Shown piece after piece: positions 45,787-59,192 of a DNA stretch of 64,000 bases; position 1 is the first letter of the stretch; every line of letters begins with the position of its first letter. The notes beneath the pieces were generated by a model that worked only from the letters and a program-made list of their open reading frames with translations, ran no database searches and had not been told where the DNA came from. The stretch spans positions 106,020,001-106,084,000 of the forward strand of contig OZ024741.1 in assembly GCA_964016885.1 (NCBI GenBank), given 5' to 3'. The stretch is from Eledone cirrhosa. Its lineage: Eukaryota. Both the position numbers and the translations under genes were made by a program.

Positions 45787-48700
45787 TTAAACATAGTGGA
45801 GCATACTTCTCCATGACTGAACACAGCTGATTTCTTCTAGAGAGAGATAGTGGGGAGGGGCAGAGAGAGAAAGAGTTATAGTGTAAGAATCGACATCAGT
45901 GCTGGACTGGTACTTTATTTATCGAGCTGGAAAGGATGAAAGGCAAAGTTGATCTTGGTGGGATTTGAACTCAGAATGTAAAAAGTGGGAACAAATATTG
46001 TAATGACATTTTATTCAATGCTCTACCTGCTCTGCCATTCCCTTTACCTACAGTTAGTATAATATTTCTCCAATTGCGGTAAAATAAAATAAAGTACCAA
46101 CCGAAAGTGGTGGGTGGGTGGGAGCAAGGGAGTGGGGTGGCAAAACTATTAGAGCACCATATGAGATGCCTGCTATATTTGTTCTGACTCTTAGCGCTCC
46201 AAATTCAAATTTTACTGTGGTCTATTTTGGTGGTAGATTTAATCTGTCACCCAGTTTAACACCACCACCTGACCCTTGGGTACCTTTAACAATAACCACT
46301 CTGTTAAAAACATTTGGACCAAATTTCCAATCTGAGGTTAACTTCTTCACTCCATCTGTCATCCTCACAAGTCTCAGAAGCCCTAAAAAAAGGTCATGGA
46401 CACTGCCCCTCTCTGACTAATAAGAAGCGTTTTTTACTTGCTATAGTGAGATATTACCCTCATTTGTGACTATAATGCATCGCTCACTGTGAGGTAAATA
46501 TATATAGAGAGAGAAAGAAAGAGATTGATTGTGTGATGAGTGAGGGAGAGGAGGAGAAGAAGAAGGGCCTTTAACTCATGATGAAGTCATAGAGGTGCTG
46601 TCTTGACACACAGCATGTCTTGGATATTTTTTTAAAACCTGGCAGAACCCATTCCTCTCTGGATTTGAACATAGTCGATTTGTTCTAGAAAAAGAAAGAC
46701 AGAGAAAATGATGAGAGTTAGAGGGAGAAAGAGAAGAATTGACTTCACTACTGGACTGGTACTTTATTTATTGACTTTGAAAAGATAAAAGATAAAGTTC
46801 ACTTTGATGAGATTTGAACCCAGGAGCGCAGTGAACCGGAACAAATACTGTTTTATTTTTAATCCAACTCCCTAATAACTATACCAATTCACCACCTTAT
46901 TCCTTGACTAAACAATAACAAAAAGAAAGACGATCAAATTATAGAAGTATAAAAATCAGAATTAATTAAATGAAAAGTGAAACCGTTAGGTGAGCTCTTA
47001 ATCTAGGCTAGCGCAAAAAAAAAAAATTATAGAAATATAAATTTGAATTCTAAATATAAAATCTGAATATAACTAAATTTAGAGTGGGTGGGATTTATGC
47101 TTTTTTAAAAACCGTTTTATGGTCATTTAGTAAAATATGTCTCCACTCACTATCATTTCCCCTCAGAACAGGTTTCTTCCTTCAACGAGCAGCTCTCTCA
47201 ATGAGATTGTTACATGTGGCTTGGGTGTAGCCAGTTTCTCATCACAGCTGTGACTGGCAAAGTTAAATTGAGGGGATGGCAAAATCTTTCCACTCCAAGC
47301 TGTAGCAGTCACTGTACAAGTCACTGAGTATTCCACAGACACATGCACCCTTAACATACACAAGGAGATTCAACATGACAAAGTGTAATTCAGCATGATA
47401 TGTAATTCAAATCGTCCTTTGAATTACAGGTACAGGCCATCTTGTATTATAGTATGAGTGGCTGAGTATTTCATAGATACGTGCATCCCTAACGAAATTC
47501 CCAGTGTGGTTCAGAAAAACTCAGTGTGACAAAGCTGACTCTGTGAATTACAGGTACAATCCATCTGATGTTGCTCTAAGCAATTTCAATTCACTGAATT
47601 TCACTCACAAGATTAGATTGACTCAAATAAATTATACTTGCTAAAGATGCCACGCAGTGGATCATAACTGACAATCGAGTATGAGTTTGTAGCATGCACT
47701 GTGCTTTCGCTAAAAATCCGGGTAGCCATGCAATTGTGAACAAAGACAGTCATCTACTTGACCCTCCTTCACTTGATCCAGCAAAACATCAAGAATGTGA
47801 CAGCTGGATTGAGAGAAGGCTGCACCAGCACTAGGTTGGTACTTTCTATATCAACCCCAAAAGGATAAAAGGCAAAGTGGACATCAGCAAGATTAGAACT
47901 CTGAGCACAGAGAGCTGGAAGAAATATTCATTGCTCTAATAACTCTGCCAAATTGGCAGTCATTAGAATGTCAAATAGAATACTTTACAGTATTTTTTCT
48001 GGCTCTCTGTGCTCTGAGTTCAAATACCAACAAGATCAACTTTCGCTTTCGTCCTTTGAAAGACGATAAAAACAAGTACCAGTATTGGAGTTAATTCTAT
48101 CTCTCTCTCTCACACACACACACACTCTTTCTCTCTCCATGTCTGAAAAAAAAAATCAGTTGTGTTCAGACATGGATAGGGGTGGACTCTCCCAGGTTTA
48201 AAATGCTCAAATACATTGTATGTCATTGTATATCAATTATAAAGAAACAAAAGGCAAAGTCAATTTAGACCTGATTTGAACTCATTACGCAGAGACAAAA
48301 GTGTAAAAGTTATAATGGGACTGAGTTAAGGCTTTGCCTTTTTACTGCATTCGCATTCATAAATATTTGTTAATACCAACAGAAAATGTGAATGTGAAAT
48401 CCTGACTTGTAATGAAGAAGCACGTGTAAAGTAAACAGGCGACTATAAGAGAGAAGTAGAAAGCCATGTTGAATGTTTCTCACATGTTCACAAGATTTGG
48501 TGACTTCTGTCCACATGTACCATGACAACTGTAACAGTAAATCTATTAATTCTATTTCTATGACTCGGGCCATTATTAAGAGGAAATACTGACTGCTGAC
48601 TCATTTCTGTATTTCTCACCAGTTCTCACAACATATCTGATTTTAAAACTGATTACATTTTGTTATTAATGTGGTTCTTGTTAGGGCTGATGTTGTTGTT

Positions 48701-49589
48701 GTTATTGTTTTTTATCATGTTCTTGTTACTGTTATTTTTGTAGTTGTTGTTTCGTCATTACTGTTGTCATTGTTATTATTATTATTATTGTCATTGCTGT
48801 CATTACAATTGCCAGAGTGATGGACAAAATGTCCTGCAGTATTTAGTTAACAATTTTTTATGTTGTGGGTTCAAATCCTGCCAAGATAAACAAAAAGCCT
48901 TACCGCTATTAAGCTAGACATGGCCTGGGCCAATACTGGCCGAAACCTATCAAAGTTAAGTTATCTCCAAAATATCTAGCTTTGTGTAAATAATAATAAT
49001 AATTATAATTTCTAAAGTATAGGATGGTTGATTAGCAGAATCAATAGAGCATCAGACAAATGTCGTATTTGTTCCGACTATTTACATTCTGAGTTCAAAT
49101 TCTGTCTTGGTCAACTTTACCTTTCATCTCTCCAGGGTCAATAAAATAAAGTACTAGTAAAACACGGGTTGATTTAATCAATTTTCTCCTCAACACAAGT
49201 TTCTGGCCCAAATTAGAAATCATTATTTTTTTGGACGCCATGCTTTGAAGCATAGAGTTACCTCCCTGTATGATCTGAGTTCAAATCCCGCCAAGGTTAA
49301 CTTTGCCTTTCATCCTTACGGGGTTGATAAAATAAAGTACCAGTAATGCACTGGGTAATTGCTGGCCTTGTGCCAAAAGTAGAAACAATTATTTTTTAAA
49401 TTGACAGAATGTTTAAAAGCGATTGCTTGGCATAGGAGAGACACATGGTTTGATTCCATGCAGGCATCTCTGTTCTCTCTCTTTCCTCTGCAGGAGTACC
49501 TGATTTATTCAATCAGGGTATTGGATCGGTAGTATTGACAGAACGTCGAACCACACACACACACAACCACATACACACACATTTATATT

Positions 49590-49805
49590 GGTGATCTGCT
49601 CAATACAAATCTTGACCACTTTAGTGTCATCATGCTCAGTTCTGTCACAAAACCTTATGTGGCTTTTTAGAGCAGACATACTTTTATAAAGCTGTCCACA
49701 TAAATTGCACATTAGTTTTGGTGCAGCTTGAATTGCCTGTGGTGTCTGATTGTGATGAACTTTGAACTATCTCTTCAGACCTCCTTGAGATTTGCAGGCA
49801 TATGT
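49590..49805 (-). mobile_element. LINE 3' end fragment with a C2HC-like finger (RTE/BovB-like)
   Basis: CNLCGQLYKSMSALKSHIRFC preceded by a similar CKSQGGLKR unit; no splice context found. Confidence 0.5.
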
Positions 49806-49951
49806 GGCATTAATTAGGGTAAATTAGTAGATATGTTCTATACATTCCCTATTGTGTGCTTTTATATAAGATTGAATTATTGATGATTTCATACAAATGA
49901 AATAGTTCTAGTCCTGTAGAACTGTAGAAGTCATTTCTCTCTCTCTCTTTC

Positions 49952-50294
49952 CATTCATTTCATTTTCATTTCATTTTACGTCCACTTTTCCCTGCTTGCA
50001 AGGGTGGGACGGGAACTGATTCTGGCATGATTTCTACAGCTGGATGCCCTTCCTAACACCAACCTCATTTACAGTGAGTGCTGGGTGCTTTTTTTGCCGT
50101 GGCACCTCCACGACCACTTTGCAGTGGAATGATAGGAACCCCGGTCCCTATCATCTCATTTCTACAGGTGAGTAAACTGGAGTAATATGAAATAAAGTGT
50201 CTTGCTCAAGGAAACAACACATCACCTGGTCTGAGAATTGCACTCACAACCTTTCGATTGCAAGGCTGGCTCTAACCACTAAGTCATGTGCCTT

Positions 50295-50296
<2 letters not shown>
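49952..50296 (-). mobile_element. SINE family A, full length
   Basis: Reverse complement of 2796-3130. Confidence 0.88.
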
Positions 50297-50369
<73 letters not shown>

Positions 50370-50397
50370 ATTAAAAGATGGTTAAATGAGTTCCATG

Positions 50398-50468
50398 TAT
50401 TTTATTATGCGCATTTCAAAAACAAATATCATCATGCAATAACATTTGTGTTTTCATCAGATAAAATA
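50398..50468 (-). ncRNA. Type I hammerhead ribozyme motif (inverted copy)
   Basis: Reverse complement of 50590-50660. Confidence 0.82.
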
Positions 50469-50589
50469 GAAGGACATGATATGAAGGTTAAAAACACTTG
50501 TGGATAGTGCAGTTTTAAATCAACATATCATATGTTGATTTAAAACTGCACTATCCACAAGTGTTTTTAACCTTCATATCATGTCCTCC

Positions 50590-50660
50590 TATTTTATCTG
50601 ATGAAAACACAAATGTTATTGCATGATGATATTTGTTTTTGAAATGCGCATAATAAAATA
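50590..50660 (+). ncRNA. Type I hammerhead ribozyme motif
   Basis: tattttat CTGATGA aaacacaaatgttattgcatgatgatatttgttttt GAAA tgcgcat A ataaaata: 8-bp stem I, palindromic ATGCGCAT stem III, AUA site after 50652. Confidence 0.85.
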
Positions 50661-50813
50661 CATGGAACTCATTTAACCATCTTTTGATCTTATATATTAT
50701 GTATACTCACTCCAGTCCTACAAACTGTAGAGTGCTTCTTATCCGATATCTGCATTGCTTTATTGTACTACAATAAAACTCACCTCCTATATATATATAT
50801 ATATATATATATA

Positions 50814-52125
50814 TCATCATCATCATCATCATCATTGTTTAACGGCTATCTTCCACGCTAGCATGGGTTTAGACGGGAATTGTCCCACTTGAGGCAAGAT
50901 TGGTCGGGTGACCGTGTCTTGCTCATATAGGACTGTCTGGCAGGTTTTCTATAGCTGGATGCCCTTCCTAACACCAACCACATTTACAGTGTGGACTGGG
51001 AGGTTTTTACCGTGTTACCTACACGGCCACATTACAGCGTGGACTGTGTTTTTTTGTCGTGACACCTACATGACCTCATTTATTTTGGACTGGATGTTAT
51101 GGTACCAACATAACTTTACAGAGAAAGGGTGGTGCTGGTGGGAGTGGGAGGATGGAGTAGGTATGGTGGGTTGGGGTGTATATTTGGTTAAGAGGTGCCT
51201 ACTGACTGTTAGTTTCGCTTTGTACATAGGCAAGGCGGGTCTTCTGTATTACTGCATGACGCCAAAGATCTCGGTCCAGTGACATTGTCTTAGAGAGGTG
51301 TAAGTGTGTAAGGTCAGAATTTATCAAATCATCCCCGGTTTTTCTGGGTCTACCTACTCCGTAACTTCCATCAATTTTGATCACCCTGCACTTTTTTTAT
51401 ACAGCTGTCGTCTTTATGTGCATCACGTGACCATACCAATGTAGTCTTCTCTCAAGTAAATAACATCTGATCCCTCTTATTCCTAATTTTTCACTTAGTT
51501 CATTTATGCTTTGCCGTTTGCGTATATTACACATCCAACGGAGCATACATGCTTCGTTCCTCTCCAGTCTGCGCAGGTCCTCTGCTCACAATGCCCATGT
51601 CTCACTGCCATGTACCATTGCTGTTCATATACAGGCATCATACAAACTGCCTTTCATTTTTAGAGAAAAACCTTTAGTGGCTAACAGGGGTATAAGCTCT
51701 CTGAACATTTTCCATCCCGTTCTGACTCTGGCTACTGTACTTTCAGAGCACCCTCCACCACTGCTGATTTTGTCACCCTGGTAACGGAAAGTGTCCACTA
51801 TTTCTATAGAACCATCTGGGCAATAGAAGAAGCTAGTATCCTGTGGGCACTTGCTACTTATTGCACCTGAGCATTGGCCACATATAAAATCTACGTTCTT
51901 AGATAGTTTACTTGTGATCCCACTACATCTTTTATGTACCCATAGTTTGCATTTGAGACATAAAATGGAATTTCTACCTACTCCTTTCCTACACACTGAG
52001 CATGGCTATTTCCCAGAGAGCACCTGTGCCCTATTTTCCTTTCTACATATTAGAACTTTAGTTAACTTTAAGGCCATGCTTCCATGTTTGGAATTTCTTC
52101 TCTAGTTCAGCCATAGATTCAGCTA
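50814..52125 (-). mobile_element. 5'-truncated RTE LINE
   Basis: Minus-strand peptides match the 56370 ORF; 3' UTR and (gat)n tail present. Confidence 0.92.
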
Positions 52126-52127
52126 TA

Positions 52128-52917
52128 TCATCATCATCATCATCACCATTTTACATCCGTTCTTCCACGCTAGCATGGGTTAGACGGGTTGTCCTGTTGT
52201 GGGCAGTAGCCGGTCGGCTGACCATGCCTTGCTCATAGGGGAACTGATTCTGGCTTGATTTCTACAGCTGGATGCCCTTCCTAACACCAACCTCATTTAC
52301 AGTGAGTGCTGGGTGCTTTTTTTTCATGGCGCCTACACGTCCACTTTACAGAGTGGGCTGGGTGCTTTTTTGCTGTGGCACCTCCATGACCACTTTGCAG
52401 TGGGAGGGTGTGGGAGCATATTGTCTATATGCTTCAGCTTCAGCTTGTACCCGTGGGGGGTGGGGGGTCAGGTCTTCTGTATTACTGCGTGATGCCAGAG
52501 GTCACGGTCATGTGTCATCGTCTTTGAGAGGTGTAATTGGGTAAGGTTGGCTTTTATCCCCTCATACCAGGTCTTCTTGGGTCTCCCCACTCCACGGTTT
52601 CCATCGACTTCTAGTGCTCTGCACCTTTTTATGCAGTTGTCATCCTTCATACGCATCACATGTCCATACCAACGCAACCTCCTCTCCTGCACACAGCATT
52701 TGATTCCTCTTATGCTCAGTCTCTCTCTCAATTCGTTTATGCTTTGCCGTTCACATATATTACTATTACACATCCAACGGAGCATGCAGGCTTCGTTTCT
52801 TTCTAATCCATGCAAGTCTTCTTCAGACAGCGCCTAGGTCTCACTACCATGTAACATTGCTGTTCATATACACACATCATACAGTCTGCCTTTCATTTTG
52901 AGGGAAAAGCCTTTTGC
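52128..52917 (-). mobile_element. 5'-truncated RTE LINE (second UTR subtype)
   Basis: LERNEACMLRWMC...RRLRWYGHVMRM...GRPKKTW; (gat)n tail. Confidence 0.92.
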
Positions 52918-52930
52918 AATATATATAATT

Positions 52931-54088
52931 GGGTTGAGTCCTAAATAATTTCCGTTTTTTAAAAGCAAGTTGTAACTACACATTTCAAACTTCCAATGTT
53001 TTAAATGCAATTAGAAATTACTTGATTAGAGAGAGACTTCATCGGTCATTCTTATTTCATGAGTGAGTGTGCATCATAATTTAATCTATGATTTCACACC
53101 CCTAAAATGGAGGAACTGAAAGTACATATTTGACACTTAATGTTGTGGGAGTTTAAGAATAACAAAAATGCTACAGAAACAGTGTTTATGGCCAAGGTGT
53201 TATTATTGACCACCAAATCCGAAACTGGTTTTCAAAGTTTTGTTTTGGGGATACATCATTGAGGGTTGAACCCAGACCACAACGCTCATCAGCCCTCGAT
53301 CAAGATGCTTTAAGAGAATTGATGGAATGCAATCTGTGAAAAAGTACTCGAGAATTAGCGCTTGACCTCAGCACATCCCAATCCACAATCTGCTGCCACT
53401 TGGAAAAGTTAGGAAAAGTGAGCAAGCTGGGCATTTCTGTTCCTCATACTGTTAGTGAGAAGAATAAGGAAGATCACATATCCATAGTGACAAGTCTTCT
53501 TTCAAGGCAGGGAAATGATCCATTTCTCAAGAATGTCATTACAATGCAAATGTCATTACAATGCAAATGTCATTACAATGCAAATGTCATTACAATGCAG
53601 CCTACTCCAAAGGTGGAGCTTCATGGAAAAAAAGTTATGCTGTGTGTATCGTGGGATCACGAGGTATTATTCATTTTGAGTTTTTAAGCCGCAACCAGAC
53701 ACTCAATGCAGACTTATACTCTCAATAGCTGCAACATGTACAATAATAAAATACCCCGCACTTGTCCACAGGAGAAACATTGTGCTCTTCCATGATAACG
53801 CAAAGCCACATTCAGCAAGAATCATGCAGGAAAAAATATTGGATGTAGGTTGATCTGTTCTACTCCATCCACCATATTCACGAGACCTTGTACCAAGTGA
53901 TTTCCATTTTTTTCATTCTGTACAAAATGCGCTGAATGGCAAACAATTTTCTCAAGAAGATCAGGTGGAAATACTTGTGGAAAACTTCTTGAGCTCAAAA
54001 CCAGCTGAATTTTACTTGAGAAAAAATAACAAGCTACCTGATAAATGGCAAGAGGGGATTCAAAATAATGGTTACTTATTTAGGAACA
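52931..54088 (+). mobile_element. Degenerate mariner transposon
   Basis: Broken transposase with EFKNNKNATET, KVMLCVSWD, HDNAKPH and HPPYSRDLVPSDFHFF; imperfect TIRs ttgagtcctaaataa / ttatttaggaacaa; a 17-bp x4 repeat at 53532-53599 replaces the first catalytic Asp region. Confidence 0.88.
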
Positions 54089-54436
54089 AGGCCAGCAATT
54101 TGGGGGTGGGGTGAGGGAAAAGGCGATGAAATTGACCCCAGTGTGTGACTGGTACTTTATTTTATTGACCCTGTAAGGATGAAAGGCAAAGTTAACCTCG
54201 GCGAGATTTGAACTCAGATCATAAAGGGCCGTAACTCTATGCGGCAAAGCATGGCGTCCGACCCTCTACCAATACTGCCAATCCGTTTACTATCAAGGCA
54301 GTGAATTGGCAGAGTCGTTAGAACGTTGGATAGAGTGCTTTGCCGTATTATATGTATATATGTGTATATATATCTATGTATGTATATATCTATATATCTA
54401 TATATATATGTGTATATATATATCTATATATCTATA

Positions 54437-54494
<58 letters not shown>

Positions 54495-54520
54495 ATATGT
54501 GTGTATATATATATATATAT

Positions 54521-55078
54521 ATAATATAAAAGACGTAAAATAAGAAAATTTTAAAAAATTAACTTACTTACTAAAATTTTCACTCCAACTAATTAGTTTC
54601 TGCAATGGGATAAAGACAGTTACGTAATAAACTGTCGAGAATTCATTGCGTCATCAGGGAGTCTATTCTCAGCTAAGTCTCCAGGCAATGCGCGGACACT
54701 GGGGACTCATATAAAAATAATAATAATTCGGTAAATGGAACAGCTAGCGGGGACTGGATTCCATGCACTGAAAATCTCGCTGTCACTGGTCAAATGGCAG
54801 ATTCTAAAGAATCAATCACGTGACACTGAGGCTAGTCGGTAGGAGTGGGATGGTTAAGATGACAAAAGCCTTCTAACACACCAATAAATTAGTAGTGGTT
54901 TTGGCAGGTTTGCTCGACAAATAAGTAATTTGGAGATAAATATAGAGACGCAATGAATTCTCGACAGTTTATTACGTAACTGTCTTTATCCCATTGCAGA
55001 AACTAATTAGTTGGAGTGAAAATTTTAGTAAGTAAGTTAATTTTTTAAAATTTTCTTATTTTACGTCTTTTATATTAT
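54521..55078. mobile_element. Inverted-repeat element (132-bp arms, ~294-bp spacer) between (TA)n tracts, Penelope pLTR-like
   Basis: 54521-54652 is the reverse complement of 54947-55078; the left arm plus spacer carries a complete hammerhead. Confidence 0.7.
54582..54662 (-). ncRNA. Type I hammerhead ribozyme motif with extended stem II
   Basis: actcc CTGATGA cgcaatg..gacagtt..aactgtc..cattgca GAAA ctaattag TT ggagt; perfect 5-bp stem I, palindromic stem III, GUU site. Confidence 0.8.
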
Positions 55079-55182
55079 TGTTCTGCATCCTCCTGCATTG
55101 AACCACCTAGGTACTATGACATAACCTGTGTATTTGCTAGCATTAGCGTACATCTGTACGCATATGTTAGTAGATATACTAA

Positions 55183-55300
<118 letters not shown>

Positions 55301-55368
55301 ATGAAGAGAGAAGAAACATTTAGATATAATTAGTAATAAAATGTATCATACCTAAACTGCTCCTAGAT

Positions 55369-55458
55369 TCCTCGACTACGTAGTTTCGTGGCATAAACAA
55401 AAACAATATATCATAAAGATATAGAGTCCTTGCGAGGTCTGCCGACTTATCAAGAGGA
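55369..55458 (-). ncRNA. Hammerhead ribozyme motif, U3-A8 core variant
   Basis: tcctc TTGATAA gtcggca...tgccac GAAA ctacgtag TC gagga. Confidence 0.75.
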
Positions 55459-55961
55459 TACCTCATTTTACTAGTCTCAAGAACGCGTCTCCACAACGTG
55501 AGAAAGAATCCCAAAAGGCGGAGGGGGAGATAGTCACGCGATATAACGGTCGAGAAACAGAGCTAAGCCTCTTATAACCCCGAAGAAAATACCACGGAGG
55601 CGGAGGGGGTATTTATATCGAAGCCGTAGAAGAGGTGGTGAATGAGGCGAGAAGTATGAGTAATGAAAGCTTTCCAGCAGTCCCCACACTTCAAAGATTG
55701 CTCGACCAGAGGGAGTTATTAACAATATATTTAGAAACACACAGATACATGCGGACACACACATATACATGAATGCATCCGCACCCAACCATGAGTTAAG
55801 GGTGCCAACTTCACCGATGTTGCTCAATGAATGACTGGGACAGACCAATCCGGTTGAACCAGACTGAACCAGTATCAGAGTTAAAAATACATTATGAAGA
55901 GAGAAGAAACATTTAGATATAATTAGTAATAAAATGTATCATACCTAAACTGCTCCTAGAT

Positions 55962-56051
55962 TCCTCGACTACGTAGTTTCGTGGCATAAACAAAAACAAT
56001 ACATCATAAAGATATAGAGTCCTTGCGAGGTCTGCCGACTTATCAAGAGGA
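55962..56051 (-). ncRNA. Hammerhead ribozyme motif, U3-A8 core variant (second copy)
   Basis: Same motif 593 nt away. Confidence 0.75.
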
Positions 56052-56152
56052 TACCTCATTTTACTAGTCTCAAGAACGCGTCTACACAACGTGAGAAAGA
56101 ATCCCAAAAGGCGGAGGAGGAGATAGTCACGCGATATAACGGTCGAGAAACA

Positions 56153-57929
56153 AAATTACTTGATGCTTTCGACAGTAAGGAAGAGCATTTCCGTCATGAA
56201 GGTCACGGAAAAAGTAATAGCACAACTAATCAGAGAGAGAATTGATCTAGATGAAATGCAGTTCGGGTTTGTGTCAGGCAAAAGTACCACAGACGCTCTT
56301 TTCATTGTATGACAACTACAGGAGAAGTACCTAGCTAAAATTAAACCCCTATACTTAGCTTTTGTCGACTTGGAGAAAGCCTTCGACAGAGTCCCCCGTT
56401 CCATTATCTGGTGGGCTCTTAGAAAACTAGGTGTTGATGAATGGCTTGTGAGAGCTATACAAGCCATGTATAAAGAAACAGTCAGCAAGGTTAGAATTAA
56501 CAACGAATATAGGGAAGAGTTTAGCGTAAAAGTTGGTGTTCATCAGGGCTCCGTTCTTAGCCCCCTACTATTTATTATTGCCCTTCAGGCTATAACAGTG
56601 GAGTTCAAGACTGGCTGCCCATGGGAACTCCTATACGCAGATGATCTAACGCTCATAGCTGAATCAATGGCCGAGCTAGAGAAGAAATTCCAAACATGGA
56701 AGCACGGCCTAGAATCAAAAGGCCTTAAAATTAACCTGGCTAAGACTAAAGTTCTAGTTTGTAGGAAGGAAAATAGGGCGCCGGTCCCATCCGGGAAATG
56801 GCCATGCTCAGTGTGTAGGAAAGGTGTAGGTAAAAACTCCATTTTATGTCCCAAATGCAAAGTATGGGTTCATAAAAGATGTAGTGGGATCACAGGTAAG
56901 CTAACTAAGAACATAGATTTTACATGTGGACGGTGCTCTGGTGCAATAAGTAGCAGCAAGTGCCCACAGAATACTAGCTCTTTCAATTGCACAGAGGGTT
57001 CTATAGAAATAGTGGACAGCTTCCGTTACCTGGGTGACAAAATCAGCAGTGGGGGAGGGTGCTCTGAAAGTACAGTAGCTAGAGTCAGAACTGGATGGAA
57101 AAAGCTCAGAGAGCTTATACCACTATTAGCCGCTAAAGGGTTCTCCCTAAAAATGAAAGGCAGGCTGTATGATGCCTGCATACGAACAGCAATGTTGCAT
57201 GGCAGTGAGACCTGGGCATTGTGTGCAGAGGATATACGCAGACTAGAGAGGAACGAAGCTTGCATGCTCCGCTGGATGTGTAATAGTAATATACGTGAAC
57301 GGCAAAGCATTAACAAACTAAGGGAAAAATTAGAAATAAGAGGGATCAGATGTTATTTACTCGAGAGAAGGCTACATTGGTATGGTCATGTGATGCGCAT
57401 GAAAGACGACAGTTGTATAAAAAAGTGCAGGGCAATAAAGATAGACAGTAGCCATGGAGTAGGCAGACCCAGAAAAACCTGGGACGACTTGATAAATTCC
57501 GACCTCACATACTTACACCTCTCCAAGACGATGTCACTGGACCGAGATCTTTGGCGGTACTCAGTAATAGAGAAGACCAGCCTTACCTAAATACTACCCC
57601 CACCCCATCCACACCGCCCCTTTCAATGTAAAGTTATGTTGGTACCACAACATCCAGGCCAAAACAAATGAGGTCGTGTAGGTGTCACAACAAAAAAACA
57701 CACAGTCCACGCTGTTATGTGGCCGTGTAGGTAAAACGGTAAAAACCTCCCAGTTCCACACTGTAAATGTGGTTGGTGTTAGGAAGGGCATCCAGCCGTA
57801 GAAAACCCGCCAGACAGTCCTATGCGAGCAAGACAACCACTCTTGCCTCAAGTGGGAAAACTCCCGTCCAAACCCATGCAAGCGTGGAATATGGACGTTA
57901 AACGATGATGATGATGATGATGAGGATGA
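56153..57929 (+). mobile_element. 5'-truncated RTE LINE; RT ORF remnant 56370-57590 with a PHD-like insert
   Basis: QFGF, FVDLEKAFDRVPR, GVHQGSVLSPLLF, LLYADD, FRYLG, WYGHVMR, GRPRKTW; a TGA at ~56310 breaks the frame; 3' UTR ends in (gat)n. Confidence 0.95.
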
Positions 57930-57931
57930 TA

Positions 57932-58000
<69 letters not shown>

Positions 58001-59159
58001 TAAAATAAGTTTAAGCAAAGAATCGCTGCTTTCACCCTTAACGGGATCTTCTGAAACTTCTTTGCTTAAACTTTTATCTGTTATTTTAATAAATATTTGC
58101 TCTACGGTTCTTATATATTTGATATATATTTATCCTTATCGAGCCCTCTTTGGATTTTAGTCTTCAAATATATATATATGTATAAACGAACACAGATATA
58201 TACATATGTGTGTTCAAATCACAAGGGACCAGATTCACTAAGGTGAAAAGAATACTAACTATAGACAATAGGGTTTGCCTTCTCAATTTAGGAAAAAAAT
58301 CAAGAAAATAAATACAAACCGATTTGAACACATATATGTATATATCTGTGTTCGTTTTTCTTTTATATTCAATTATAATATACGGCTCGGAAATATCTCT
58401 TTCTTAGAGCTATTTTATTGTAAGAGACTATTTTGAGTTCCTAACTCAATATATACCTTTGATATATATATATATATATATGTATATATTGTTTTATTAC
58501 CGAAGAAAATTTAGTAAATAATAGAATGGAACGCATATTTTTAATTGTAGGCACAAACTGTTTAGAACTTTCTCCTATTATAAACCTAACTAGCATAAGA
58601 TCTGATCCCATAACCAAACCCTTTAATCATATTTTTAAAAAACTAGGAATTGACATCCTTGGTATTTGTTTATTACTATATTTGTAAGTTCATGGTGCCA
58701 GAAGGATGGAAGATTGGGCTGAACTTTATCTATGATAACATTAAAATGTCAAAATAAATTACTACTACCTGCTTGGAATACCCTATAACAAATTCTTTAG
58801 ATATCAGTGTGAATGGCTTGGCACTAGCCAATGGTCATCTAGATATTCTGTATTCAACAAATCAACTGCCACATCTGTTGAACTCAAGCATCCTTGCTCT
58901 ATAGAAAAAATAACAATGATAATGTTATTACTATCAATGTTGATGTTAATGTTATTGTTGGTATTTGCTTAGAACTCATTTATAAATTTGCATATCTCTT
59001 TCATCATCATTTTATGTCCGCTTTTCATAAAATGATGATGATGATGATGATGACGAAAGAGATATGCAAATTTATAAATGTATGTATCAATATATTTCTT
59101 TATATTTCTCTACATTTTATGATTTTATACAACCTAAGTTCTTTCTTGATGGTGCGCAT

Positions 59160-59192
<33 letters not shown>

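Larger units (their letters stand above)
50361..50697. repeat. Near-perfect 337-bp palindrome centred on 50529
   Basis: 168-bp arms with about 2 mismatches and a 1-nt centre; flanked by (TA)n. Confidence 0.95.

Noticed and set aside
49509-49712. Host C2H2 zinc-finger gene exon
   Set aside because: A single degenerate C2HC-like finger without TGEKP linkers, with a stop in the preceding unit; it fits a LINE C-terminus better.
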